A DNA stretch of 58,242 nucleotides, taken from NCBI GenBank assembly GCA_000998425.1, contig LCDG01000008.1, forward strand, positions 1-58,242, written 5' to 3'. This DNA comes from Candidatus Nomurabacteria bacterium GW2011_GWC2_42_20. GTDB taxonomy: Bacteria; Patescibacteriota; Minisyncoccia; Phycocordibacterales; UBA1550. The translations under genes were made by a program, and so were the position numbers. Positions 33,446 to 43,204 of the stretch are shown here, one piece after another. The notes below the pieces were generated by a model. The model saw nothing but the letters and a program-made list of their open reading frames with translations. It made no database searches and had not been told where the DNA came from. The number at the start of each line of letters is the position of its first letter. Position 1 is the stretch's first letter.

Positions 33446-35932
33446 TTATTCCTTACCTTCTATCTTACCATGCTCATTATTATCGGCAACCTCTGTATAA
33501 AGAGGAACGGTAAAGAAGAAGCTTGTGCCCTTGCCATCCTCGGTCTCAAACCACACTCTCCCGCCCCATGAAATAACCAGGTCTTTTACAAGCGCAAGGC
33601 CTAGTCCTGAGCCGTCTGGTACCTGCGCTCGCGCATTTTCAGCACGGAAGAATTTCGAAAAGATGCGTGAACGCTGAGCCTCGGGAATACCGATACCGTT
33701 GTCGTGAACCATATATACGACCTCCTTGCCTTCGTCGCCTAGCCACCATTTTATCTCGATAATTCCTTTTGGATTTGTATAACGAATTGCATTAGAAATA
33801 AGATTTAAAATAACCTGTCTCAACGTAAGCGAATCGAGCCAAACGCTTACTGGCGCGCCTTCTGGTGGAACAACCGTAAGGGCAAGCTCTTTCATGTCTA
33901 TCTGTGGAGCAAGCTCTTTTGTTATCTCAGCAGTAAATGAGCCAAGTTCTACTTGTGTCCTGTCAGATTTCAATTTTCCACTCTCGACACGCGATATACC
34001 AAGGAGTAAGTCCACTGTCTGATACAAGCGCTCTGCTCCCCCATGTACCTCCTTCATAAAATCTTTTTGTGTCTCGTTTAACGCACCTGCATCCTCCGAC
34101 AAGAGCATTTCAGAATACCACCTAATAGAGGTTAATGGCGTGCGAAGCTGATGCGATGCCACAGAGATAAAGCCTGATTTTGCATCATCAAGCTCACGCT
34201 CTTTTGATGCGTCACGAAATGTAATAACAACACCAGAGAGCCCGCCACCAAGCGGAGAAATGGAGAACACTATCGGAGTTTTTTCTGGATGTTTCTCTGT
34301 GGAAATAGAGAAGTCTTGATCAAGGGTACCTACAACAACCTTTTTTGTCAAAAATACTTCTTCAGTTGGCCACATACTGTGCGGGATGACATCTTTTTGT
34401 TTTTTCCACAGAGTAACAATTGTGCGTAGATCCTTGCCAACAAGCTCCCCCATCTTCATTCCAAACATTTCCATTGCTATATTGTTTATAAGTGTAATAC
34501 TATACGTACCATCAACAAGAATGAGTCCATCTCCAATAGAAGCGAGAATTGTCTGCAGTCTATATCCCTCCTCCTCAAGTCGTTCCTTTGCCTTCCACGA
34601 GTCTTCTAGCAAGTTCAATGTGGCTCTCTTTGATTCATCAAGAAATTTTTCCTGCTTCTCGTGTTTTTCGATATCCGTTTGCAAGAGCATGGCCTTTTCC
34701 TCGATCTGGATCTTTGATTTTTGCAATTCTATTTGTGAAGAACGAAGTGATGTGATCATCGTATTGAACATAGAGGCAAGCGCCCCGATTTCATCCTTCG
34801 TTTTTACGCCTACCGTTACACTTAGATCGCCATCCCTTACACGTTTTGCAACATTTACAATATTACTGAGGTGAGCTAGTGGTTTCCGAATAAAAAAAGT
34901 GGCAATAAGGATTCCGATAACAATAACACTGATCCCGCCTGCAAGTGTAATACGATTGATAATGTCGAGTGGCGCAAAAATCTCGTCCTTTTGAACCTCC
35001 ACAATTAGCACCAGCCCGTCGTCAGGAAAGCACATCGATGCACCTAGTACGCGAACCCCTTGAAAATTTTCGTATTCAGCGGTTATTTCTTTTCCGTTAT
35101 CAATACATTCACGCACTGGGAGAGTATCCACCTTTTGCATTAGCCGAACATTTCTCATATAGCGGGATGGTGTTACCATTACGCTCTCGCTATTTACCAA
35201 ATATATATCGGAAGTTTTGTAGCTTTCCAAAAATGCTGTTCTTGAAACTCGCGTTTCGGGAATATCACCATCTGCCTCAAATACGTCGACACCAAGGGTA
35301 TGAGCGATCTGGTCTGTATTTGCAAAGTGAATGAGGATTACCGCATCAAACTCCTCAGGGACTCCTTCTTCGTTCAACTCAAAAACTCTCATAGCGACGT
35401 GCGTCATAGGCTCGTCCGACTCGTCCGACTCGAAAACAAAACTTTTTACAAAAACCTCTCCAAACGATGAGACTATCGCTTTACTAAAGTGGTGAGCTCC
35501 TAATTTTAATTCTTCGTCCAATTCATTCGTGCCGATGCGGTCTGCCTTTGTAGATGCGATAACGATGCCGTTTTTGTCTAGCAAATCAACAAGGAAGACT
35601 GTTTTATGATATGGCATTTTTGACTTGGTAAAATAAGTCAAAAAGTCCTTTTCATAACGAGCTCGTTCTGATGTGCCAGCCTTGCTACTGAGCACTTTCT
35701 TTGAAAGGTCCTGAACCTTCGTATCGGAGAGCCAGTTTGTAGCGTGAATCTTTAAACCATCCAAAAATGCAAAGTATGTGCCTTCGCTCTGCTCGGCTAT
35801 GACAAAGAAATCAGTGGCTATTTGTTTTCTAAATGTGTTACTGACAACGCTTTCAATAAAAAGAACAATGACTGCTGTCACTACAATAAAAAATATTCCA
35901 AAGAAGAGCGTTGTTTTTGTACGCAGATTCAT
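33446..35932 (-). CDS. Sensor histidine kinase (TM - large extracytoplasmic domain - TM - HAMP - coiled coil - PAS - HisKA - HATPase_c)
   Basis: HAMP (IRKPLAHLSNIVNVAKRVRDGDLSV...KDEIGALASMFNTM), H-box SHQLRTPLTSI, N-box LISNAIRYT, G1 DNGIGIP and G2 GSGLGLALV. Confidence 0.9.
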   Translation of the reverse strand: MNLRTKTTLFFGIFFIVVTAVIVLFIESVVSNTFRKQIATDFFVIAEQSEGTYFAFLDGLKIHATNWLSDTKVQDLSKKVLSSKAGTSERARYEKDFLTYFTKSKMPYHKTVFLVDLLDKNGIVIASTKADRIGTNELDEELKLGAHHFSKAIVSSFGEVFVKSFVFESDESDEPMTHVAMRVFELNEEGVPEEFDAVILIHFANTDQIAHTLGVDVFEADGDIPETRVSRTAFLESYKTSDIYLVNSESVMVTPSRYMRNVRLMQKVDTLPVRECIDNGKEITAEYENFQGVRVLGASMCFPDDGLVLIVEVQKDEIFAPLDIINRITLAGGISVIVIGILIATFFIRKPLAHLSNIVNVAKRVRDGDLSVTVGVKTKDEIGALASMFNTMITSLRSSQIELQKSKIQIEEKAMLLQTDIEKHEKQEKFLDESKRATLNLLEDSWKAKERLEEEGYRLQTILASIGDGLILVDGTYSITLINNIAMEMFGMKMGELVGKDLRTIVTLWKKQKDVIPHSMWPTEEVFLTKKVVVGTLDQDFSISTEKHPEKTPIVFSISPLGGGLSGVVITFRDASKERELDDAKSGFISVASHQLRTPLTSIRWYSEMLLSEDAGALNETQKDFMKEVHGGAERLYQTVDLLLGISRVESGKLKSDRTQVELGSFTAEITKELAPQIDMKELALTVVPPEGAPVSVWLDSLTLRQVILNLISNAIRYTNPKGIIEIKWWLGDEGKEVVYMVHDNGIGIPEAQRSRIFSKFFRAENARAQVPDGSGLGLALVKDLVISWGGRVWFETEDGKGTSFFFTVPLYTEVADNNEHGKIEGKE

Positions 35933-36099
35933 TATGTAGATATTGTAACATGTAAATAAACAACTTTGTATACTTTATCCATGTGATGGTGGCGACGACT
36001 AAAAGAAAAATATTAACCAGTGCGATAAAGACAATACGTAATATGCACACAAGGGGTATGCAAAAAATATGGATGGGGGTATACTATACTGAACACAAG

Positions 36100-37539
36100 A
36101 TGAGTATTCTGAACATTCTCACAAAAGAAAGATATGTCGCTGGAATCGAAATAAGCGATTCTGTAGTTCGTATTGCTCTTTTTCGTTCTCACAAAAAAGG
36201 AAAGGCTGTGCATCCGGACCAAGACGAGCTCATCCTCATCGAAGAACCTATCTCAGCAAATATTATCGCGGATGGAGTCGTGCTTGATGTAGAGCTACTT
36301 TCAAAAACACTTCGAGAGATATGGGATAGAGCAAAGCTTGGTACAGACTACGCTATTGTTGGTATACCGGATGACAAGATATACTCAAAGATTTTTTCAT
36401 TCCCAAAATCCGTAGACGGAATGCGTCTAACCGAAGCAATGCGTCTCGCTATAGGCTTTCAACTTCCGATGAAGACTGAGGATATATATCTAGACTGGGA
36501 GCGCACAGGAGGAACCTCAACAACAAACGAGATTCTTCTTTCAACTATCCCACGCGAGGTCGCAAATGGATATGTTGAAGCTCTTGAAAAAGCGGGAATA
36601 AAAATAATTGCTCTCGAGAGTCATCTCGCATCCATTGCGCGGGCGGTCAAAACTACACCAGGAACGACCACACTTTTTTCAAAAAAAACACCAGACGGAG
36701 CTACGATATTTGCTCTAAAAGACGGTATATTGCGTTTCTCGCGCACGCTCCCTCTTCGATTCGTTTCTGAGGACCAAATTTCGAGCGAGGTTGAAAAGGT
36801 TAGAACTTCTCTTGCGTCGGAGGAAGCTGGAGATATTGTAGTACAGGAACTTACAGAGGCGACAGTACGTGATGAATATGCGGAGCGCGCGGAAATTACA
36901 AATCCAAAATCAAAGTGGCTTGTAGCACTTGGTTCAACAATTCGTGGCAAGATGCCGGAAGGTACGGATAATCTCGTATCACTCCTTCCTATTGGGACTG
37001 AAGAAGCCTACGCTTACCAACGTGTAACATCGTTTGCTTTATTGATGAGGAATTTAACGATAAGTGTTTCTATGTTCTTTATTGTTGCATATGTCGCAAC
37101 ATACTTTTTTATGTACTCCTTGCTACAAAATACAACTAAGCAAATAGCCACACTTTCAGACTCAGTAATACCTCCAGAAATAATCGAAAGAGAGCAACAG
37201 ATCAGCGATGTCAACTCTGGCACAGAGACTGGAGTGTGGTTCCTTTCTCAAACTCCAAAATGGAGTACTGTTCTTGAAGAGATTACAAGGATTACGCCAG
37301 ACGGAATTGCAATCTCGATGTTTTCTGCTCCGATTTTTTCCGAAAAAATGTTCTTTACGGGAACTGCGATAAATCGAGTAGCCCTCAATGATTACAAAAA
37401 GATTCTTCAGGAGTCACCGCTTCTTTTAGATATTGAGCTCCCACTCACAAATCTTGAGAAAAAAGAAAAGATTCCTTTTACAATATCATTTCGACTAAAG
37501 GACCCTAGTGGGCTATACTATACTAATGCGAGTGAGTGA
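36100..37539 (+). CDS. pilM: Type IV pilus assembly protein PilM fused to a PilN-like TM/periplasmic segment
   Basis: Actin-like ATPase fold motifs: VAGIEISDSVVRIALF..., AIVGIPDDKIYSKIFSFP, MRLAIGFQLPM and IKIIALESHLASIARAV. TM helix LTISVSMFFIVAYVATYFFMY comes next, followed by a ~140-aa tail. The start was chosen at the Met at 36100 because tatactatact lies just upstream. The ORF-track start at 35983 adds 39 unlikely residues. Confidence 0.8.
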   Translation: MSILNILTKERYVAGIEISDSVVRIALFRSHKKGKAVHPDQDELILIEEPISANIIADGVVLDVELLSKTLREIWDRAKLGTDYAIVGIPDDKIYSKIFSFPKSVDGMRLTEAMRLAIGFQLPMKTEDIYLDWERTGGTSTTNEILLSTIPREVANGYVEALEKAGIKIIALESHLASIARAVKTTPGTTTLFSKKTPDGATIFALKDGILRFSRTLPLRFVSEDQISSEVEKVRTSLASEEAGDIVVQELTEATVRDEYAERAEITNPKSKWLVALGSTIRGKMPEGTDNLVSLLPIGTEEAYAYQRVTSFALLMRNLTISVSMFFIVAYVATYFFMYSLLQNTTKQIATLSDSVIPPEIIEREQQISDVNSGTETGVWFLSQTPKWSTVLEEITRITPDGIAISMFSAPIFSEKMFFTGTAINRVALNDYKKILQESPLLLDIELPLTNLEKKEKIPFTISFRLKDPSGLYYTNASE

Positions 37540-37602
37540 GATACAAATTTAATATTTGTATCTGCGAGCGCCAAATAGTATATAATATTCTATATAAATA
37601 AT

Positions 37603-38160
37603 ATGTTTACCACAAAAAATCTCTTTAAACTCATAGGCAAACAGTTGTTAATATCGCTAGGATTTGTAGTTTTTGCATTTATTACTGTTTTTATTGTTTC
37701 TGACCAAATTTCAAAAATGTCAAAAAAGGCAATAAGGGATCGCAACACTGCAACCACACTCAGTGAGCAAACATCCCTTCTTTCAAGCTTAAAATATGAA
37801 GCATCAATTATTGGCTCTAATGACCAGGTGATTAAGCATGCGTTCATTCCCTCGAATAACATTCTGGAATTTATAGCAATCCTAGAAAGCCTTGCACTCA
37901 AAAACGGAATTACTCAAACATTCAGCTTTTCATCGCCAAATCCAGCTATTGAGGAGACACCACTCCCTATTTCAATGATTAATTACCAAAACAATATTTC
38001 ATCAAATATTTTCACATTTATAAAATATCTCAAGGAATTTGAACAGCTTCCATATTTTACAAAAATCGACTCTATAGCTATTTCCTCTGGCAGCGCAGAT
38101 TGGCGGACTGCGTCGAACATAACATTTAGCGCATCTGTTGCGGCACAGGTGGCACAATAA
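37603..38160 (+). CDS. Single-pass membrane protein, possible PilO-like pilus alignment component
   Basis: N-terminal TM helix LLISLGFVVFAFITVFIV and a ~150-aa extracytoplasmic domain. The assignment rests only on its position after pilMN. Confidence 0.4.
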   Translation: MFTTKNLFKLIGKQLLISLGFVVFAFITVFIVSDQISKMSKKAIRDRNTATTLSEQTSLLSSLKYEASIIGSNDQVIKHAFIPSNNILEFIAILESLALKNGITQTFSFSSPNPAIEETPLPISMINYQNNISSNIFTFIKYLKEFEQLPYFTKIDSIAISSGSADWRTASNITFSASVAAQVAQ

Positions 38161-38171
38161 ATATAATAATT

Positions 38172-38774
38172 ATGTCTCAATTTTTAAGTAACATACGTGT
38201 GGTAATGTCCAAGGTAAAACCCAAGGACTTGATATATCCGGCAATAATTTTGTTCTTTATTATTATTGTAGGGATACTTTTTTCTGTTGCAATGAAGTTT
38301 ATAACCAAGAATTTTAATGATGCTTTTTCTGGGACTATTGCAACAGAGCGCAGTGTTCTCAATATGGAAAACTACACTCTCGTTGCAAAGAAGCTTGGTA
38401 TAAGCATTGAGCCACAAAAAAACGCTATTATTACTGTGCCAGAAAAAGCTACTGCAACAACAACAGAAGATGTAATAGTTGAAACTGAAGAGATTTTGGA
38501 TAAAAAATCTATTACTATCAGCGTTCTCAACAGCACAACAAAAAAAGGCGCTGCTGGTGCCCTTGCGCAAGCGCTCGAGAATGATGGGTTTGCAAAAGCA
38601 ACAACTGGAAATGAAAAGAAACAATATGCGACTACAACTATATTTATAAATGAGGATAAATTAGAATACGAAGAACTTATTCTTGATACCGTACAAAAAA
38701 CATATCCAGATGCTATTGTATCAACCACAAGCGCAGGTAAATCTGATGTGGTCATCATCATCGGCACTCTCTAA
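38172..38774 (+). CDS. Membrane-anchored LytR_C-domain protein
   Basis: TM helix YPAIILFFIIIVGILFSV. The C-terminal segment ITISVLNSTTKKGAAGALAQALENDGFAKATTGN...TTTIFINEDK...VVIIIG is LytR C-terminal-domain-like. Confidence 0.65.
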   Translation: MSQFLSNIRVVMSKVKPKDLIYPAIILFFIIIVGILFSVAMKFITKNFNDAFSGTIATERSVLNMENYTLVAKKLGISIEPQKNAIITVPEKATATTTEDVIVETEEILDKKSITISVLNSTTKKGAAGALAQALENDGFAKATTGNEKKQYATTTIFINEDKLEYEELILDTVQKTYPDAIVSTTSAGKSDVVIIIGTL

Positions 38775-38809
38775 TTTTTAACGTAACAATCTGCTATAAT
38801 GTAGGAATT

Positions 38810-40462
38810 ATGGAAAAAAATAGTCAAATAGCGGAATTAATTCGTGGCATAGGATTTGAAGGTGAAATTTTAAGCGATAGTGCTGACCTCATTAGTTATG
38901 AAAACGATACCAGTCTTTTTGAGGTTAAACCAGCTCTTGCAGTAAAACCAAAAAACATTGACGATATTAAAAAGATTGTTTCCCTTGTTTCAAATAAAAA
39001 AGCAGAAGATCCGTCACTCTCGCTCACGGCTCGTGCAGCAGGCACAGGGATGGCAGGTGGGGCTCTCAATGATTCTATTATTGTAGATGTCGCAAATTTA
39101 AATCACATAAAAAGCACGACTGTTGAAAGAGCCGTTGTGGAACCGGGAGTGTTTTATCGTGATATGGATGCCGAGACACAAAAGCTTGGTGTGATAATGC
39201 CATCCTTCCCTGCTTCTCGAAGTCTGTGCGCGGTGGGTGGCATGACAGGCACCAACGCATCTGGAGAAATGACTTTGTCCTATGGAAGTACTGAAAATTG
39301 GGTAAAGCGCCTAAGGGTTGTTCTTTCAGATGGTAATGAGTACGAATTTGGCCCATTAACGCTGACACAACTTGAGGAGAAAAAGAAACTACAAAATTTT
39401 GAGGGTGACGTATATCGACGCATGCACGAGCTCCTTGAAAAAAACTACGATCTTATTAGGGGTGCGAAGCCAAATGTTGCAAAAAATTCTACTGGTTATG
39501 CTCTATGGAACATATGGGATAAAAAAACATTTGATCTCACAAAACTTTTCACTGGCTCTGAGGGGACACTCGGCATATTTACAGAGATTGAGTTTGCGCT
39601 CATTAAGCCCAAGCAACACAGAAAACTTGTAGTAATATTCCTAAAGGATTTTGATAAGTTATCAGATGTCGTTACAAGAGTACTTGCTCACAAACCAGAA
39701 ACATTTGAATCCTACGATGACCATACATTTCAATTTGCTATTCGTTTTTTCCCAGACATTGTGAAATCTCTAAAAACTGGGATTATAAAACTTGGTCTAT
39801 CATTTATCCCTGAAGCAATAATGGTGTTAAAAGGCGGTTTCCCAAAACTTGTACTCCTTGCTGAGTTTACTGGCGACTCCGAGGAAGAAGCTGATCAAAA
39901 AGCAAATACTGCTTTTGCAGATTTAAAGCAATTCAAGGTTCAGATAGAAATAATGCGCACGCAAAAAGATGCAGAAAAATTCTGGACAATTCGTCACGAA
40001 AGTTTCAATCTGCTGCGCAAGCATGGAGGAAGCGACAAAACTGCGCCATTTATAGACGACATTATTGTAAGCCCAGAAAAACTTCCTGAATTTTTACCAA
40101 AACTTTCAGAGGTCATGAAAGACTATAAGCTTACTTACACCATCGCAGGGCATATTGGTGACGGTAACCTGCATATTATTCCTCTTATGAATCTTAGAAA
40201 TGAGAATGACCGTGATATTGTAATGGAGCTTTCGCAAAAGGTATTCGATTTGGTCTTCTCATTTGGTGGCTCAATGTCAGCAGAGCACAATGATGGACTG
40301 GTCCGTACAGCATTCCTTCGCCAAATGTATGGTGATAAGGTGTATAGTCTATTTGAAGAAACAAAGAATATCTTTGATCCAAAAAACATTTTTAATCCTG
40401 GGAAAAAGGTGTACGGCCACGATCTAGAGTACATCAAAGATCATATAGATAAGGTGTACTAG
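38810..40462 (+). CDS. FAD-binding oxidoreductase (GlcD-like; FAD_binding_4 + FAD-oxidase C-terminal domain)
   Basis: RAAGTGMAGGAL, the GSEGTLGIFTEIEF motif and C-terminal HIGDGNLH...GGSMSAEHNDG. Confidence 0.85.
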   Translation: MEKNSQIAELIRGIGFEGEILSDSADLISYENDTSLFEVKPALAVKPKNIDDIKKIVSLVSNKKAEDPSLSLTARAAGTGMAGGALNDSIIVDVANLNHIKSTTVERAVVEPGVFYRDMDAETQKLGVIMPSFPASRSLCAVGGMTGTNASGEMTLSYGSTENWVKRLRVVLSDGNEYEFGPLTLTQLEEKKKLQNFEGDVYRRMHELLEKNYDLIRGAKPNVAKNSTGYALWNIWDKKTFDLTKLFTGSEGTLGIFTEIEFALIKPKQHRKLVVIFLKDFDKLSDVVTRVLAHKPETFESYDDHTFQFAIRFFPDIVKSLKTGIIKLGLSFIPEAIMVLKGGFPKLVLLAEFTGDSEEEADQKANTAFADLKQFKVQIEIMRTQKDAEKFWTIRHESFNLLRKHGGSDKTAPFIDDIIVSPEKLPEFLPKLSEVMKDYKLTYTIAGHIGDGNLHIIPLMNLRNENDRDIVMELSQKVFDLVFSFGGSMSAEHNDGLVRTAFLRQMYGDKVYSLFEETKNIFDPKNIFNPGKKVYGHDLEYIKDHIDKVY

Positions 40463-40474
40463 TATAAACCAACG

Positions 40475-40520
40475 AACATAACCAATTTGTGGCCATAGCC
40501 ACGAATTGGTTATGTTTTTT
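40475..40520 (+). terminator. Rho-independent terminator of the FAD oxidase gene
   Basis: aacataaccaatttgtggc-cata-gccacgaattggttatgtt forms a 19-bp stem with one G:U pair, followed by tttttt. Confidence 0.8.
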
Positions 40521-40528
40521 GTTTTTAT

Positions 40529-40706
40529 ACCATCTCTAATAAAATGCTTCCGATAGAATCCAAAAATTCGAGACAAAACAAGAGAAAAATTTGAAGAATA
40601 TGTCTTACCCTTGGGTCAATGTGCTCATTGAGATATTTTGAGGATTTTTCTCAAAGGCGCAGTCTGAATTTTTGGATTGTTTCGGAAATGATTTTTTAGA
40701 GATGGT
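40529..40706. repeat. ~178-nt long imperfect inverted repeat (MITE-like element or structured RNA)
   Basis: The left arm accatctctaataaaatgcttccgatagaatccaaaaattcgagac (40529-40574) was compared with the reverse complement of the right arm (40662-40706), accatctctaaaaaatcatttccgaaacaatccaaaaattcagac. About 38 of 46 positions match. An inner second tier, gagaaaaat...aatat / atatt...atttttctc, also pairs. Confidence 0.75.
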
Positions 40707-40707
40707 T

Positions 40708-41511
40708 TTACTTGCTTCCCCTCGTAAACCCAAGACTCAGTAAGAAAATAATAAGGGCAACAAGAACTATTGCTCCTCCGGATGCAAGGTTAAGGTAGTA
40801 TGACGCAAATAGCCCGACTATAACAGATATTAGTGAAAATATTACGGACAGAATAAGTGTTTTTAGAAAGCTCATACCATACTGCATCGCAGCAATCACT
40901 GGTATAACCATGAGTGCGCCAATAAGCAAGACTCCAACGATACTAATTGATATAGCCACGGCTATAGCTGCCAACATAACGATAGTTAGGTTTATAACCT
41001 TTACAGGAAGCCCGCTTGCCTCGGCAAGCTCTGAGTCAAACGATGTAAAAAATAATTCTTTATATAAGAACACTACATCCAAAAATACGATGATTGCAAG
41101 AGAAACAGTCACCCACAAGTCTGCAGTTGAGACTGTTCCGATGCTACCAAACAAATAACTAAATAAATTGGCATTAAACCCCTTCGCCAATGAAAGAATA
41201 ATTACTGCGATAGCAAGCGAGCCAGACAAAAACAGCGCCAAAACAGACTCACCAAATACTCGCCTAGAATTTCGCAACGACTCGATACCAAACGCCGCAA
41301 TGAGAGACAAACCTATTGCAGAAAAGACTGGGTTTATTTTAAGAAGCAGACCAATAGCAACACCAGCAAAAGACACATGAGCAAGCGTATCTGCCATTAG
41401 CGAATATCTTCTCACTACAAGGAACGTACCAATGAGTGGCGCAATAACGCCTATTGCAACTCCTGCCTCAAAGGCGCGTATCATAAAATCATATTGAAAT
41501 ATTTCTAGCAT
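40708..41511 (-). CDS. Metal (Zn/Mn) ABC transporter permease, ABC-3/ZnuB family
   Basis: 267 aa with 8-9 TM helices. It is adjacent to the cognate ATPase and TroA-like binding protein genes. Confidence 0.85.
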   Translation of the reverse strand: MLEIFQYDFMIRAFEAGVAIGVIAPLIGTFLVVRRYSLMADTLAHVSFAGVAIGLLLKINPVFSAIGLSLIAAFGIESLRNSRRVFGESVLALFLSGSLAIAVIILSLAKGFNANLFSYLFGSIGTVSTADLWVTVSLAIIVFLDVVFLYKELFFTSFDSELAEASGLPVKVINLTIVMLAAIAVAISISIVGVLLIGALMVIPVIAAMQYGMSFLKTLILSVIFSLISVIVGLFASYYLNLASGGAIVLVALIIFLLSLGFTRGSK

Positions 41512-41518
41512 AATTTTA

Positions 41519-42274
41519 CTATTTATGGTGAGGTACGCGTTGCGAATGCTTGCCGTACAAACGCTCCAGTATGTGCTCGTTTAGTAGATCCTGTGGAAGT
41601 CCGTGGCAAACAAGGTTGTGATTGAGGCACAGCACAGTCTTTGTCTCATGAGAGACTGCGTCAATATCATGTGAGATGAATATAATCGTAATGTTGTGCT
41701 CCTTGTTTAAAGATGACAAGAAATCATAAAATGTTTTCTGCGCACCAATATCAACACCAACCGTTGGCTCATCAAGTATCAGCACATCAGGCTCGCTTGC
41801 AAGCGCTCGAGCAATAAAAACTCGCTGCCTTTCTCCGCCAGAAAGGTTTCCGATAAGCGTGTCTCGATAACGCGCAATACCAGAAATCTCCATTGCCCGC
41901 TCTACTGCATCAGTGTCGTCCTTTGTAAATCTTTCAAAAAATCCGAGTCGCGCAATACGACCAGTTCGCACCACTTCAAACACAGTAGCAGGAAAACTTT
42001 TTTCTGCCTGTGTTATCCGTTGTGGCACATATCCAATGCGGTATTTTTCCTTGAAATCGTGACGGTCCTTCCCAAAAAGTGAGATTGTACCACTCGTTGG
42101 TTGCAAAAGCCCTAAAATTATTTTAATGAGTGTCGTTTTCCCGCCACCATTTGGACCAATAATACCTAAATACTCGCCCTTGCGAACAGTAAAGGAAAGG
42201 TTTTCCAATACTGAGGTGTGGTCGTATGAAAAACTCACATTATTGAGCTCGATGTATGGTTCTTCTAATTGCAT
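41519..42274 (-). CDS. Metal ABC transporter ATP-binding protein (ZnuC-like)
   Basis: [32 protein letters not shown] and ISHD. Confidence 0.9.
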   Translation of the reverse strand: MQLEEPYIELNNVSFSYDHTSVLENLSFTVRKGEYLGIIGPNGGGKTTLIKIILGLLQPTSGTISLFGKDRHDFKEKYRIGYVPQRITQAEKSFPATVFEVVRTGRIARLGFFERFTKDDTDAVERAMEISGIARYRDTLIGNLSGGERQRVFIARALASEPDVLILDEPTVGVDIGAQKTFYDFLSSLNKEHNITIIFISHDIDAVSHETKTVLCLNHNLVCHGLPQDLLNEHILERLYGKHSQRVPHHK

Positions 42275-43203
42275 ACCATTGCTTTTCGTAAATTATTTAG
42301 ATTTTTTTCCATAATCGAAAAATAGTCTTCTCCGAATTGTACATCATTTGGGGTAAGACTTTCAATGGGGTTCAGGACGAGTGTTGAACCGCCTACCTCA
42401 CGCGCTATCAGCTCTGAGAACTTTGGGCTTGCAACTGTTTCAAAAAATATATGCTTGACGCCTTTTTCTCGCACAAGATTGATAATGCGCACAAGATCCT
42501 TTGGTGAGGGCTCCTCCTCTGGAGAGATGCCTTCGATCGAAGTTGCGGTAAAATTATACTGGTGTGCAAGATAACTAAACGCATCATGCAAAACAACAAT
42601 ATCGCGCAAGGAACATGTGGACAACCCGGTACGAAAACGCTGGTCAAGCATATCAAGTGTGCTCAAAAAAACTAATGCGTTATTATTAAACAACTCCTTG
42701 TGTGACGGGTCAGCCCGTACAAGCATGTCGCGAATAATTTCTACCTCTCTTTTCATAATAACTGGATCAAGCCAAAAGTGTGGGTCCACCACTCCGTCAT
42801 TTTCAATGAGACTTACGCCTTGCTCCATAAGCGCTAGAGACATGCTGATAGCATACATTGGTCTAGCCTTGGTACTCCTTTCCCATTTTTTGACCCATGG
42901 TTCAAATGATGCACCGTTGTAAAACAAGATGTCTGCATTCCCTATTTCAACAAGATTGCGTGGGGATGGTTCAAAATCATGCGGTTCTACACCAGCTGGA
43001 ACTAAATTTATTACGGACACAAGATTCCCGCCAACCATTGTAGCAATGTAAGAAAGAGGATAAAAACTCGTTACAACTTGTATCCGCTCATCCTGAACAT
43101 CATTTTGAGGAGTGCGAGCTACAAGCAAAAAAATTGCTCCACCAACAATGGCTACAGCAATTATTATAGAAATAATTTTTTGACTGATGACTATTTTTGA
43201 CAT
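42265..43203 (-). CDS. Metal ABC transporter substrate-binding protein (TroA/ZnuA family)
   Basis: N-terminal anchor, and the metal-ligand contexts EPHDFEPSP, DPHFWLDP and VLHDAFSY. Confidence 0.85.
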   Translation of the reverse strand: MSKIVISQKIISIIIAVAIVGGAIFLLVARTPQNDVQDERIQVVTSFYPLSYIATMVGGNLVSVINLVPAGVEPHDFEPSPRNLVEIGNADILFYNGASFEPWVKKWERSTKARPMYAISMSLALMEQGVSLIENDGVVDPHFWLDPVIMKREVEIIRDMLVRADPSHKELFNNNALVFLSTLDMLDQRFRTGLSTCSLRDIVVLHDAFSYLAHQYNFTATSIEGISPEEEPSPKDLVRIINLVREKGVKHIFFETVASPKFSELIAREVGGSTLVLNPIESLTPNDVQFGEDYFSIMEKNLNNLRKAMVCN

Positions 43204-43204
43204 G

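Noticed and set aside
35983-36099. 39-codon N-terminal extension of PilM from the ORF-track start
   Set aside because: The extension would begin only 51 nt from the divergent kinase start and has no PilM-like sequence. PilM homology begins right after the Met at 36100, which is preceded by -10-like tatactatact.
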